From: a virus | DNA length: 64,000 nt | Strand: one strand, 5' to 3' | Virus record (IMG/VR): IMGVR_UViG_3300027801_002586 | Span: 18,070 to 82,069 of that record | Shown here: positions 26,853 to 37,517 of the stretch, piece after piece | Layout of the letters: every line of letters starts with the position of its first letter | Numbering within the stretch: the first letter of the stretch is position 1 | Position numbers and translations under genes: made by a program | Notes under the pieces: model-generated | The model's database searches: none | Told to the model about the DNA's origin: nothing | Seen by the model: only the letters and a program-made list of their open reading frames with translations

Positions 26853-28823
26853 ATGGCTAATGATGTAGATTATGGGCTAAGTAATAAAAAAGAAAAAAGA
26901 GATATTAGATATATTGGTAGGGAGTTTACGTCCATAAGAGCTAATTTATTAGAATACGCTAAATCTTATTATCCAACTGCATATAATGATTTCAATGAAT
27001 CTTCACCAGGTATGATGTTTATTGAAATGGCAGCATATGTTGGTGATACATTATCTTTTTATATCGATACACAATATCGAGAAACACTATTACATGCTGC
27101 GGAAGAAAAGAAAAATATTTATAAGATTGCACAATCATTTGGGTATAAACCAAAACTATCTCATCCAGCATCAGTACTTTCAGAAATAACAATTGAAGTA
27201 CCAGCAGAAGATGATGGTACAGATGTAACACCTGATTTAGATTATGCATTAATGGTTAACGCTGATAGTTTATTCTCATCAAAGACAGGTAGAACTTTTA
27301 GATTGTTAGATGATGTTAATTTTAAAACATCTTCATCACTTGATTCGCGAGTAGAAAAAATATCACAATATGATAGTGACACACCAACACACTTTACATT
27401 AACTAAAAAATGTTTATTAGAATCTGGTACAAAAACTTCCGAGAATTTTACATTTGGGGAAGGGATTAAATTTGATAAAGTTATTTTAAGTAAAGAACGA
27501 GTAATACAGATTTTAAGTATGGTTGATGATGATGGGAATACTTGGCATGAAGTTCCTTTCTTAGCACAAGATACAGTCTTTTCATCAGCAGAAAATAACG
27601 CAACAACCACACCGGATGTTTCTGCTAACGCTGCAGATGCACCTTATATGTTAAAGTTAATTAAAACTGCAAACAGATTTACAACCTATACAAGAAGTGA
27701 TGGTAAATCAGAATTGAGATTTGGAGCAGGAACATCTACAAATGCAGATGAAGAATTAGTTCCAAACCCAGACAATGTTGGTTCATCATTAGGAACTGGT
27801 GTTAGTAAACTTGATGCATCATTTGACCCAAGTAACTTTTTAAAAACAAAAGCTTTTGGACAAGCACCAAGTAATATTACATTGACTGTGAATTATACAT
27901 ATGGTGGAGCAATAGAAGATAATATTCTTTCAGGCGAATTGAAAAATAATGATAGTCTTTCTACAACATTAAATGAAGAGGGATTAGATGCTGATAGTGT
28001 AAAAGATGTTAAGACGAGTATTAGTATTACGAATAAAGAACCTGCAACTGGTGGAAGTAGTGGTGAATCTGCAGAAGAAATTAGACAGAATGCATTAGCA
28101 TATTTTAATTCACAAAATAGAGCAGTTACTAAAGAAGATTATATAACAAGAGTTTATTCATTACCACAGAAGTATGGTAATGTTGCTAAAGTACATATTG
28201 TACAAGATGAACAATTAGAACAGAATACTCAAACTATTGTAAAGGATGGTAAGATTGTTAGAGAGAAAAACATAACAACAATACCTAATCCATTAGCATT
28301 AAATATGTATGTATTGGGATATGATAGGAATAGAAAGTTAGTTGCATTGAATGCAGCAGTTAAACAAAATCTTAGAGTTTACTTATCACAATATAGAATA
28401 CTAACTGATGCAATAAATATTAAAGATGGTTACACAATTAATATTGGTGCGAGATTTTCAATTATTACTCAAAGAGGATTTAATAAAAATTCAGTACTAT
28501 TAAAATGTATTGATGCCGTAAAGAATCATTTTAATATTCAAAAGTGGCAAATTAATCAACCGATAATTTTAAGTGATATTGCATATACAATATCGTTAGT
28601 TGACGGAGTTGCAAGTGTTGTTCCACCCGAAGATGATAATCCACAAAAACAAATGGTGGTTGTCGAGAACAAGTGGAGAACTGAGAATGGATATAGTGGA
28701 CACGTATATGATTTACAATCAGCAACAAAAGATGGAATTATTTACTCATCACTTGACCCAAGTATATTTGAACTTAAATTCCCCAATTTAGATATTGAGG
28801 GTAGAGTAGTAGGAGATATTTAA
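26853..28823 (+). CDS. baseplate wedge subunit (T4 gp6-like)
   Basis: YNDFNESSPGMMFIEMAAYVGD, ATGG...E..EEIR, QNRAVTKEDY, DPSIFELKFP. Confidence 0.88.
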   Translation: MANDVDYGLSNKKEKRDIRYIGREFTSIRANLLEYAKSYYPTAYNDFNESSPGMMFIEMAAYVGDTLSFYIDTQYRETLLHAAEEKKNIYKIAQSFGYKPKLSHPASVLSEITIEVPAEDDGTDVTPDLDYALMVNADSLFSSKTGRTFRLLDDVNFKTSSSLDSRVEKISQYDSDTPTHFTLTKKCLLESGTKTSENFTFGEGIKFDKVILSKERVIQILSMVDDDGNTWHEVPFLAQDTVFSSAENNATTTPDVSANAADAPYMLKLIKTANRFTTYTRSDGKSELRFGAGTSTNADEELVPNPDNVGSSLGTGVSKLDASFDPSNFLKTKAFGQAPSNITLTVNYTYGGAIEDNILSGELKNNDSLSTTLNEEGLDADSVKDVKTSISITNKEPATGGSSGESAEEIRQNALAYFNSQNRAVTKEDYITRVYSLPQKYGNVAKVHIVQDEQLEQNTQTIVKDGKIVREKNITTIPNPLALNMYVLGYDRNRKLVALNAAVKQNLRVYLSQYRILTDAINIKDGYTINIGARFSIITQRGFNKNSVLLKCIDAVKNHFNIQKWQINQPIILSDIAYTISLVDGVASVVPPEDDNPQKQMVVVENKWRTENGYSGHVYDLQSATKDGIIYSSLDPSIFELKFPNLDIEGRVVGDI

Positions 28824-30001
28824 TGTTTTATTTTGAATACCCAATAACAGATACAACAATTTATCAAGGCAATATCACATCTTCAATTAATACAGGTTTA
28901 GATGAGATATTAGAGGTTTCAAAAAATGTTAATTCTTCAGGTACAACAATTAGTGTATCAAGAGCATTATTAAAATTTGATTATAGTTATATCTCATCAT
29001 CCGTAGCAAGTGGAATAATACCAGTTGGTGCAAAATATTTTTTAAACTTATATGATGCAACTTCAACAGAACTTGCTACCGAACAAACATTAGAAACCTA
29101 TATGGTTAGTGGAAGTTGGACTGGTGGAACAGGAACATTAGATAGAGACCCTGTATTAAGTGATGGTGCGAGTTGGAAGTATCGTGATAATGATACCGAG
29201 AAAACTGAATGGGTTAGTGGTAGTACAACACAAGGTGGTACTTGGTACACTTCAAGTTTAGATAGCTCATATAATGTTTCATCATCATTTGATTTAGTTT
29301 ATGAAACACGAGATATAAGAATGGATGTAACAGATTTAGTTAAGAATCATATCTATTCAAGTTCAGTATTTCCAAATGATGGATTTATTGTAAAAAGAAA
29401 TAATACAGCAACCAGTCAAAGTTTATATTCTATATTTGACCCCACAACAGCAACTGGTTCTGCAGAGGGAAATTCAACACCACTTGGTAATTTGAAATTC
29501 TTTTCAAGAGAAACCCACACAATCTTTCCGCCAAAGTTAGAAGTGGAGTGGGATGATTCATCATGGAACACAGGAAGTTTGGGTGAATTAGCAGCAACTG
29601 ATTTAGATAGGTTGACAGTTTACTTTCAAAACATGAGGCCTGAATACAAAGAGAAATCAAAAGTAAAGTTTAGAGTTGTGGGTAGAGAATTATATCCAAC
29701 AAGAGGATTTGAGACAACTCCCGCAGCATTAACAATTAAAACTTTACCACAAGGTACTACTGCAATGGGACAAGGTACATATTATTCAGTAAAGGATGCT
29801 CATACCGAGGATGTAATAATACCATTTAGTACAGGCTCAATAGTTAGTTGTGATTCAAGTGGTAATTACTTTAATGTATGGATGGATGGTTTCCAACCCG
29901 AAAGATTTTATAGATTTGAAGTTAAGGTCGTTAGTGGTAGTGGTGTGAATCAAACTTCTATGATATACGATGATGATTATGAATTTAAAGTGGTGAGGTA
30001 A
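28823..30001 (+). CDS. putative virion structural protein
   Basis: DTTIY...NTGLDEILE, SRALLKFD, KFFSRETHTIFPPKLEV; baseplate cluster. Confidence 0.65.
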   Translation: MFYFEYPITDTTIYQGNITSSINTGLDEILEVSKNVNSSGTTISVSRALLKFDYSYISSSVASGIIPVGAKYFLNLYDATSTELATEQTLETYMVSGSWTGGTGTLDRDPVLSDGASWKYRDNDTEKTEWVSGSTTQGGTWYTSSLDSSYNVSSSFDLVYETRDIRMDVTDLVKNHIYSSSVFPNDGFIVKRNNTATSQSLYSIFDPTTATGSAEGNSTPLGNLKFFSRETHTIFPPKLEVEWDDSSWNTGSLGELAATDLDRLTVYFQNMRPEYKEKSKVKFRVVGRELYPTRGFETTPAALTIKTLPQGTTAMGQGTYYSVKDAHTEDVIIPFSTGSIVSCDSSGNYFNVWMDGFQPERFYRFEVKVVSGSGVNQTSMIYDDDYEFKVVR

Positions 30002-30002
30002 A

Positions 30003-30638
30003 ATGCCTTTAACGTATGAACAGGCTAAGAGTAAAGATTTTTATCGCAATGTACAAGATGCGGATGAACAAAAACATTTAAAAGCCGTTGAAGAAGAAAA
30101 GAATAGAGCTGCAATAAGTGGTTCTGCAATTGATGCTTTAAATCCGTTACGAGATGAAAATGGTTTCTTGTTATCTTACGAGGACCCAAAAAAACCAGGA
30201 CAAACTTTAACGGAAGATTATCAATATGTTCGACTCAATGTTGAGCAAAAATCTGCAACAACGGGAGATACGATTAGACACTTCGGGGATGATTTACAAT
30301 TTTTAGAAATTATGCCGAGGGAAATCGAAGAACCAATTATGACTGAAGCAGAACTCAACTTGATGAAAACAGATTTAAGAAGTAAAATAGAAGAGCAAGA
30401 TATACTCAATCAAACATTAGATGTAACTATGAAACAATTACAAAATTCAATTGCAGTTACGAATGAACTTCCAGAGCCATATCCAAATGTGGAAGAAGAA
30501 CTTGCAAATATTCAAGCGAACAAAGAAGAAATTAGTGAACGAGCTAAAAATGCTAGTGGATTACTTGATAGTGAGAAACAAGGTAAAAAATCTGCAGATG
30601 CAGTTGCAGATATATTAGCAAAAACGACTGGGGATTAA
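30003..30638 (+). CDS. hypothetical protein with coiled coil
   Basis: ORF in structural operon. Confidence 0.6.
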   Translation: MPLTYEQAKSKDFYRNVQDADEQKHLKAVEEEKNRAAISGSAIDALNPLRDENGFLLSYEDPKKPGQTLTEDYQYVRLNVEQKSATTGDTIRHFGDDLQFLEIMPREIEEPIMTEAELNLMKTDLRSKIEEQDILNQTLDVTMKQLQNSIAVTNELPEPYPNVEEELANIQANKEEISERAKNASGLLDSEKQGKKSADAVADILAKTTGD

Positions 30639-30641
30639 TGA

Positions 30642-33600
30642 ATGTTACAATTTGGCTTAACTGAAAAAGATAGAGAACAATTAGAATATCCAAAAAGATT
30701 GTTTAGTGGTTTTGGTAGAGACCCTAATGATTTTATACATTTCTATGTCTATGATATGGAAGATACATTATTGGAAGATGATATTCTTAGTACGGGTGAT
30801 GTATTATTCCGTAATGATAATACAATTGATTTAGATATTGGTGGCCACATCAGAGATTTAGGATATGATTCAGGTGAGTTCAAAGTAAAGTATCTTTTCC
30901 TTAGAAGATTAGCTGGACAAAAGAAAACCATTATGGTGAACGATGAGGGATACATCAATATGGGAAAAATATCCACTAAGGTTATCAATGGCAAAACAAG
31001 ATTTTTCAAAGGTGGGGAAACACCAACAAATCAAACTTTAGAAGAGTTATATGCAAAAGAAATGAAATATGTGGTGAAAGAAGTTTCACCATCAAAAAAT
31101 GAAGTAAAGGTAGATATTCAATTAATTAATAATATACCATATCGTAAGAATTTTGCTGGTATAAATAAAGATTTTGTTTATGTTCCGAATAGAAAAGGTG
31201 GTTCTGGTGCTGGGACAATCAGATTTGACAAAACTGATGGTAATGTTTTAATACTTACTCCTGGACAATCCGAAAGAGGGTTCACAGATGCTATGGTGGG
31301 TGGTGATATTATTATTAAGGGTATGTATGAATACACATTAACCGAAACTAAAATGGTAGAGATTAAGGTTAAGAAAGAAACTCAAGTTTTAGTTGATAAG
31401 GGAAATAGAAATTCTCCAAGACCTAAGGATAAAAAAGTATTATTCAATGATATTGTAAAAACTACTATCGATAAAGAACCTGTTGCAGTACGAGAAATAT
31501 TAGAAGCAACACCCGGTCCTGACCAAGATTACGAAGATTATAGAGATAATGATGAGTATGGAAGTGTTTGTTTTACTGGGGATACAAAAATTAAATTAAG
31601 TAATAATCGTACCATTCCAATCAAGATGATGAGACCTGGTATGAAAGTTAAAACCGAACAAGGTTACGCAAAAGTATTAAAGGTAGTTAAGGATAATCGA
31701 CCTTATGGAGATAAATTAGTTCGTTACAAAAATCTTACCACTACAGACCATCACCCAATTAAACATCAAGGTAAATGGTACTTAGCAAATGAAGTTGGTA
31801 CTGAGTTTAAAGCTGGAGCATTAGATGTTTGGAATCTAATACTGGATAAACATCATACTATTATTGCTAATAATGTAACATCTGCAACACTTGGTAAGTG
31901 GAATAGTATTACTCATTTCTTAGAGAATAGAGATAAAAGAATTAATATGTTAAGATTATCTGAAGATTTTGAAGATAGTGGTGGAGGCGGTTCAAGTACC
32001 ACAGTCAATACTGATAATTCTGCTGAAGAAGTACTTGCAGAAGTAATTAATAACATACCAGAAGATGAAAATGTTCCGGCAGATAGACTTCCGGCATCAC
32101 CACTTGAACCAGATAACGAATATATTGTTGATGAAAGACCAAGACCAATTACAAAAGAAATAATTGAAGATTTTGCTACTGATGAAGAGTCTATTCTAAA
32201 ATTTAAAACTGTCGTAACATTTGAAAACGAATTAGTTCCAATTGATGTGTTCACTCAAGTACCCATTGATTTTACAGCTAAGGTTGTTGAGATAATGGAT
32301 TATAATAGAATAAGAGTTGATACTTCATATGAAGAAGGAGCAAATAAAGCAGACCATAGTGGTGAAGATAGATTTAATGATGTATTCACCGATATGTTTT
32401 TAACTTTTAGAAAAAATAAAGTAACCAGATTAAATACTTACATGGTTACTAAAGAGGGGTATCACTTATGTATAAATGTACTTGATGCACCCAAATCATC
32501 AGTTCCTGATAGTGATAAGAAATTACCGATACGTGATGTGGCAGATAGAACTGCACGATATATTAAAACATATTCACCATTACCAGAAACGATTGAGAAA
32601 AATGATTTAGTTTATTTCGTAGAAGAAAAAATGGAGCCATATGAAGATATGGTAAAATTAACAAAGTTTGTAGAAGAAACTCCTGAAGTATTATTTTTAA
32701 GAGTTCCAAATTTAAACTCAACAACAAATCCAATCAATTTTAGAAGTACTAATTATAAAAAGTATGATGATTTAATTGGAACTGATACACAAGTTCAGGA
32801 AGATATTACAAATTATATTCATTCAAGTAGTTTATTAGATGTGCAATTATCAATTGATTATTCTAAACGAACTGATGCAATTGGTTTAGACCGAACGGAT
32901 TATGGGTTTGGAAACTTTATTAACTTTGGTGGAGCAGAAAATAGACTACGAAATTTTAAAAAGAAAATAACATTAATAGAGGGATATAAAACAGATTCAC
33001 ATAATTTAATAAACATATCTTCGTCAGCAGATACACGAGCTAGTATAAATATGAAGAAACGTCAAGTGGTAAATAGTTTCGACCCATATGAAAATTATCT
33101 ATATACTGTCTCATCAAGTTACGCTACAAGTTCAGTTGGTGAATATTATACTGCCTCATGGCCTAAGACAAGTGGTTCAAGAGCAGATGGTACAGACTTT
33201 ACGTTAGAACATACAAGTGGTTCAACATTCACTACTTGGTTTGATACTTGGACTGGATATGCAAAAGAATTTGATACTTATAACCAAAATAGTTTAGTAA
33301 ATAATTTACCACTTCATGTGGCGAGTGATACAGAGAATAAAGTATTCTTAGATTTTATGGATATGACTGGACAACAATTTGATGAGATATGGTCTTATAT
33401 TAGACACTTCACGGATATAAATGAAAAGAGTAATAAATTATCAGAGGGCATTTCAAAAGATATAGTTCGCGAAGTAGCGAAGAGTATGGGATTTGAAGTT
33501 GATAGCGGAAATGATTTAGTTATCTTACCCGAATACTTGTTAGGTAAAACCGCAGATGGTGCAGATAAATATGAATCACCACAAGAAGAATTAACCGAAG

Positions 33601-35660
33601 AGATATGGAAACGAATTTTAGCTAATATGCCGTTCTTTATGAAGAACAAGGGTAACCAACGAGCGATGAAAGGGTTGATAAATTGTTATGGTATTCCAAG
33701 TTCAATACTAAGAATCCGAGAGTATGGTGGACCAGATTTAAATGATAGTGTTAGTTATGAAATAAAACGAAAATTTAGTTATGCTGCGGATTTTAAATCG
33801 AGTGAGTATTTAAAATTCCCTTGGCAAGATGATGGTACGAGTGGAATTAAACCAGAAACTATAGAATTTAGATTTAGAGCACCCACTTCAAAGGATATGA
33901 CAATTGTTCAGAAAGGTGTTGGTAATCATAGTTTTGCAATTCAATTACAAGATAACGGAGCAACCGATTCTTATGGTAAGTTAAGATTTAGTGTATCTGC
34001 ATCAACAGGTATTCAATTTATGACATCATCACTACAACCATTTTATAATAATGATATGTGGAGTGTGATGTTAACACGAGTATCACAGAGTGGATTAGAT
34101 TTAGTAACAGATGCAAACGCACAAGATATAACATATCAGTTAACATCAAAACAATATGATGCTACAAGGCAAGTTATTTTATATCAAACAAGTGAGAGTG
34201 TAAGTATAGATGGAAATGCTTCTGCTGGAGCAGCATTTAATAATGCGTTCCATACTGATGGTACATTTTATATAGGTGGTAACGGAGAATTTGGTACAAG
34301 GTTTAGTGGTTCAATGATGGAGTTTAGATTGTGGAGTGAACCATTATCACAAAGTGTATTTGATAATCATGTCCAAGCACCAAAAAGTTATAATGGTAAT
34401 ACTACAAGTTCTGCTTATGATAATATGATATTTAGATTACCAATAAATGATAATACTGATTTAAATACTTTACCAGAATCGGTAGATGATAAATCATATA
34501 AAACATCTTATCATACAAGTGCAAGTGCAGTTAACTTTAGTGGTAATCCATTTAGAAGTTTAGTAGACCAAGAAAAATTAAGAGTTCCAAACATTGGACC
34601 TCAAAGAAGAAACGCAACAAAGATTAGAAGTGAGGCAACTAAACTAAGTGGTAACTTATCATCAAACATTAGAGTTGAACAGTCATCAATGGATTTTGCA
34701 CCAACAGATAGTAATAAACTTGGTATATTCTTTTCACCTACTGATGTAGTGAATGAAGATATAATGTATTCCTTAGCAGATATAAACCTTGATAATGAAA
34801 TTGGTGACCCAAGAGACCAATATGCTGATACCTATCGAGGATTAGAGAGAGTACAGCGAGAGTATTGGAAAAAGTATAGTCGTTCAAATAACTTTTGGGA
34901 TTATATGAGAATCATAACTTTCTTTGATGGAAGTATTTGGAGTCAATTAAGGAATATGGTCCCAGCAAGAACAAATGCAACACTTGGTTTATTAATAGAA
35001 CCAAATATTTTAGAGAGAAGTAAACAGGTAGTGGGTAAAGTACCAAGTTTCGAAAATACATATTATGAAAATGCTAATCAATTTGGAGATGGAATACAAT
35101 TATCAAGTAGGTTAAGTAGTTCTGCAGCACCTAATCCATTTACACTTTCGGGTACATTACCTTTATATGAGGGTGAAATTAATTTATATACAATGGATAG
35201 TGGTTCAATTGGAATACTTGGGAATCCAACATTAAATAAGATAGCAGAGATAGACCCAAGAACACCATTCCAATCACTTTATGCAACAGCAAGTATTACA
35301 TTCGGTGATATAGATATAACATTTGAAGAAGCGGTGCAACCTTTTATCACTGCTTCAAGATTATCAGAACATAATGATATTAAAGTTCCTTACTATACGA
35401 GTTCATTATCGGATTCAATAGCAAAGGGATATGGATATCATACAGAGTACAATGGGAATTACCAATTTAGTGCATCATACGAAAGAAGTTCATACACGAG
35501 TGTAGCACTTGATTCATCACTATTTAGGTTATTCTATAAAGGTAGCAATTTAACAAAAAACAACACGATAGATGGATTAGACCCAGTTGAAATAACGATT
35601 ACTACACCTTCAAGGTTGGTAACACAAGAACCTGGTGATTCTAAATTAAAAGTAGAGTAA
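30642..35660 (+). CDS. large baseplate/structural protein with Hint insertion and LamG-like domain
   Basis: 1672 aa; KGNQRAMKGLINCYGIP...IREYGG wedge-like motif; LamG-like TIEFRFR...FYIGG...FSGSMMEFRLW. Confidence 0.75.
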   Translation: MLQFGLTEKDREQLEYPKRLFSGFGRDPNDFIHFYVYDMEDTLLEDDILSTGDVLFRNDNTIDLDIGGHIRDLGYDSGEFKVKYLFLRRLAGQKKTIMVNDEGYINMGKISTKVINGKTRFFKGGETPTNQTLEELYAKEMKYVVKEVSPSKNEVKVDIQLINNIPYRKNFAGINKDFVYVPNRKGGSGAGTIRFDKTDGNVLILTPGQSERGFTDAMVGGDIIIKGMYEYTLTETKMVEIKVKKETQVLVDKGNRNSPRPKDKKVLFNDIVKTTIDKEPVAVREILEATPGPDQDYEDYRDNDEYGSVCFTGDTKIKLSNNRTIPIKMMRPGMKVKTEQGYAKVLKVVKDNRPYGDKLVRYKNLTTTDHHPIKHQGKWYLANEVGTEFKAGALDVWNLILDKHHTIIANNVTSATLGKWNSITHFLENRDKRINMLRLSEDFEDSGGGGSSTTVNTDNSAEEVLAEVINNIPEDENVPADRLPASPLEPDNEYIVDERPRPITKEIIEDFATDEESILKFKTVVTFENELVPIDVFTQVPIDFTAKVVEIMDYNRIRVDTSYEEGANKADHSGEDRFNDVFTDMFLTFRKNKVTRLNTYMVTKEGYHLCINVLDAPKSSVPDSDKKLPIRDVADRTARYIKTYSPLPETIEKNDLVYFVEEKMEPYEDMVKLTKFVEETPEVLFLRVPNLNSTTNPINFRSTNYKKYDDLIGTDTQVQEDITNYIHSSSLLDVQLSIDYSKRTDAIGLDRTDYGFGNFINFGGAENRLRNFKKKITLIEGYKTDSHNLINISSSADTRASINMKKRQVVNSFDPYENYLYTVSSSYATSSVGEYYTASWPKTSGSRADGTDFTLEHTSGSTFTTWFDTWTGYAKEFDTYNQNSLVNNLPLHVASDTENKVFLDFMDMTGQQFDEIWSYIRHFTDINEKSNKLSEGISKDIVREVAKSMGFEVDSGNDLVILPEYLLGKTADGADKYESPQEELTEEIWKRILANMPFFMKNKGNQRAMKGLINCYGIPSSILRIREYGGPDLNDSVSYEIKRKFSYAADFKSSEYLKFPWQDDGTSGIKPETIEFRFRAPTSKDMTIVQKGVGNHSFAIQLQDNGATDSYGKLRFSVSASTGIQFMTSSLQPFYNNDMWSVMLTRVSQSGLDLVTDANAQDITYQLTSKQYDATRQVILYQTSESVSIDGNASAGAAFNNAFHTDGTFYIGGNGEFGTRFSGSMMEFRLWSEPLSQSVFDNHVQAPKSYNGNTTSSAYDNMIFRLPINDNTDLNTLPESVDDKSYKTSYHTSASAVNFSGNPFRSLVDQEKLRVPNIGPQRRNATKIRSEATKLSGNLSSNIRVEQSSMDFAPTDSNKLGIFFSPTDVVNEDIMYSLADINLDNEIGDPRDQYADTYRGLERVQREYWKKYSRSNNFWDYMRIITFFDGSIWSQLRNMVPARTNATLGLLIEPNILERSKQVVGKVPSFENTYYENANQFGDGIQLSSRLSSSAAPNPFTLSGTLPLYEGEINLYTMDSGSIGILGNPTLNKIAEIDPRTPFQSLYATASITFGDIDITFEEAVQPFITASRLSEHNDIKVPYYTSSLSDSIAKGYGYHTEYNGNYQFSASYERSSYTSVALDSSLFRLFYKGSNLTKNNTIDGLDPVEITITTPSRLVTQEPGDSKLKVE
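31569..31895 (+). other. Vint-type Hint (autoprocessing) domain inside the 1672-aa protein
   Basis: CFTGDTKIKL start, TTTDHHPI block B, VWNLIL...IIANNVTSATLG end. Confidence 0.8.
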
Positions 35661-35728
35661 AACTTTGCATTCTTATATTTATATATGAACGCTATCCATC
35701 TTAGTTCAATTCAACAGGAGTAAAAAAA

Positions 35729-36484
35729 ATGGGATTTTTAAATAACACAAGCGTAACCGTCGATGCCGTTCTTACGAAGAAAGGTCGAGAATTACTCGCA
35801 AGAGGTCAAGACGAGTTCAAAATAACGAAATTTGCTTTAGCAGACGATGAAATCGATTATCGTTTGTGGGATACAGCACATCCTAATGGTTCTAATTATT
35901 ATGGCGCAGTGATTGAAAACATGCCGTTATTAGAAGCATTTGTAGATGAGAATCAAATATTAAGATATAAATTAGTATCTCTTCCAAAGAATACTGCGAA
36001 ACTTCCTATCTTGGAAGTTCCATCACCATCATTGGTTTTTAATGGACCTGGTATTACCCAGACCATTACACCAAATACAAGAAATGGTAGTGATGCTGAA
36101 GGTGGTTATAGTTTCGTATTACACGATGCTACTATCGCTAACTTAACACCAGTAATCATTAGGAAGAATAAAAAGAGACGAAAGAGTAAAAAACTTAAGC
36201 TTGGAGCAGCTCAAAAATTTGGAGCAGCAGCACTTATGAATGAATTTGATTTCATACAAAAAGAAGATATAGCAGATTTACAAATGAACACGGGTGCAAC
36301 AACACCAGTATTCCTAAATGAAGAAGAGAGAAAGCGTTCAATCACTTTATCTGGACATTCAGTAAATCTTGTTTCTCGTTCAGTAACAACAGATACTTCA
36401 ACCAATATAACGGTCGTGGGATTATCAACAGGTGCTACATACAATGTGGCAGTTACGATAAAAGCCGACCAGAGTACACTATAA
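35729..36484 (+). CDS. conserved virion structural protein
   Basis: MGFLNNTSVTVDAVLTKKGRELLA..FKITKFALADDEIDY; TATTTATA upstream. Confidence 0.7.
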   Translation: MGFLNNTSVTVDAVLTKKGRELLARGQDEFKITKFALADDEIDYRLWDTAHPNGSNYYGAVIENMPLLEAFVDENQILRYKLVSLPKNTAKLPILEVPSPSLVFNGPGITQTITPNTRNGSDAEGGYSFVLHDATIANLTPVIIRKNKKRRKSKKLKLGAAQKFGAAALMNEFDFIQKEDIADLQMNTGATTPVFLNEEERKRSITLSGHSVNLVSRSVTTDTSTNITVVGLSTGATYNVAVTIKADQSTL

Positions 36485-36491
36485 GGAGTAG

Positions 36492-37505
36492 ATGATGTCA
36501 GTATTTACAAGATTCGATTTTTCAAATGATGTAGTGGAAAACCAACGAGTTAAAATATCGAGTGGTATTTTTAGTGGTGGAAGTGGAACAATGACCGCAT
36601 TTTATACTGCTTCTTCACAAGGACAAGTAACAGGTTCTCACTTATCGATATATCACCAAGACCCCGCTACTAATGCTTCAACCGCAGAGATTCAATTTTC
36701 GTTGGGATATGCTCACTTTCAAGGAAGTGGTTCAGCAGGAAACACCACAAAGTTAACAACAGGTGGTAGAGATTCTGCAACAATGTATAGACAATTTTCT
36801 AATGTATTGTTACCACCACTAACAGAAAAGTTTAGTTTTTCAAGTTCGCCATCGGCATCTGAAGATTTCTACTTTGTTAGTTTTAACAGAGCACGAATGA
36901 GAGAAAAGATTGACCCTGGTAATTGGGAAATTAAAGTTGGTACGACACACTTGATTGATGATAGTGGTGCTACAAATAATCCTACAGTCAATGAGGGTGG
37001 TAGAGTGTATAATATTGTTTCGGGTTCATTAGAGACTGGAACTGGTGTTATTAAAACTGCAGCAGCTTCACAAACTGGTGGAGCAATTGGAGCATTTTAT
37101 CCTGATTTGGGGATTATATTATTAAACGCAACACATATGGATGACGTCGCTGGAATGGGTACTGCAAGAAGTACCGATTCATTTGATGATAATCCTAAAA
37201 AGTTCTTTAATAAAATTGTAACTGGGACGAAGTTCCAAGTTCGTAGAGAAGAAGAAATTAGTTCTACTAACTTCTTTTGTAGGGTTAATAATAAAAAGTA
37301 TAACTTTAGTTCTAACCCAACTTTCTTTACAGGTTCAGATGGAGCTATGACAAACTCAACATTCTTTAAAGACCCTAAAGTGTACATTACACAAGTTGGA
37401 CTTTATAATGAAGATAATGAGTTGTTGGCAGTTGCAAAATTAAGTAAACCAATATTAAAATCATATTCAAGAGAAGCTATTATAAAAGTAAAACTTGACT
37501 TCTAA
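36492..37505 (+). CDS. virion structural protein (tail/baseplate associated)
   Basis: C-terminal YITQVGLYNEDNELLAVAKLSKP..KVKLDF. Confidence 0.7.
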   Translation: MMSVFTRFDFSNDVVENQRVKISSGIFSGGSGTMTAFYTASSQGQVTGSHLSIYHQDPATNASTAEIQFSLGYAHFQGSGSAGNTTKLTTGGRDSATMYRQFSNVLLPPLTEKFSFSSSPSASEDFYFVSFNRARMREKIDPGNWEIKVGTTHLIDDSGATNNPTVNEGGRVYNIVSGSLETGTGVIKTAAASQTGGAIGAFYPDLGIILLNATHMDDVAGMGTARSTDSFDDNPKKFFNKIVTGTKFQVRREEEISSTNFFCRVNNKKYNFSSNPTFFTGSDGAMTNSTFFKDPKVYITQVGLYNEDNELLAVAKLSKPILKSYSREAIIKVKLDF

Positions 37506-37517
37506 AGGGGAAGGATA

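Noticed and set aside
31569-31895. Canonical splicing intein or homing element
   Set aside because: No terminal His-Asn plus Cys/Ser/Thr and no endonuclease domain
36160-36200. Basic stretch RKNKKRRKSKK as a eukaryotic nuclear localisation signal
   Set aside because: SD sites, sigma70 promoters, tmRNA and baseplate genes show a bacteriophage; more likely a nucleic-acid-binding or variable loop
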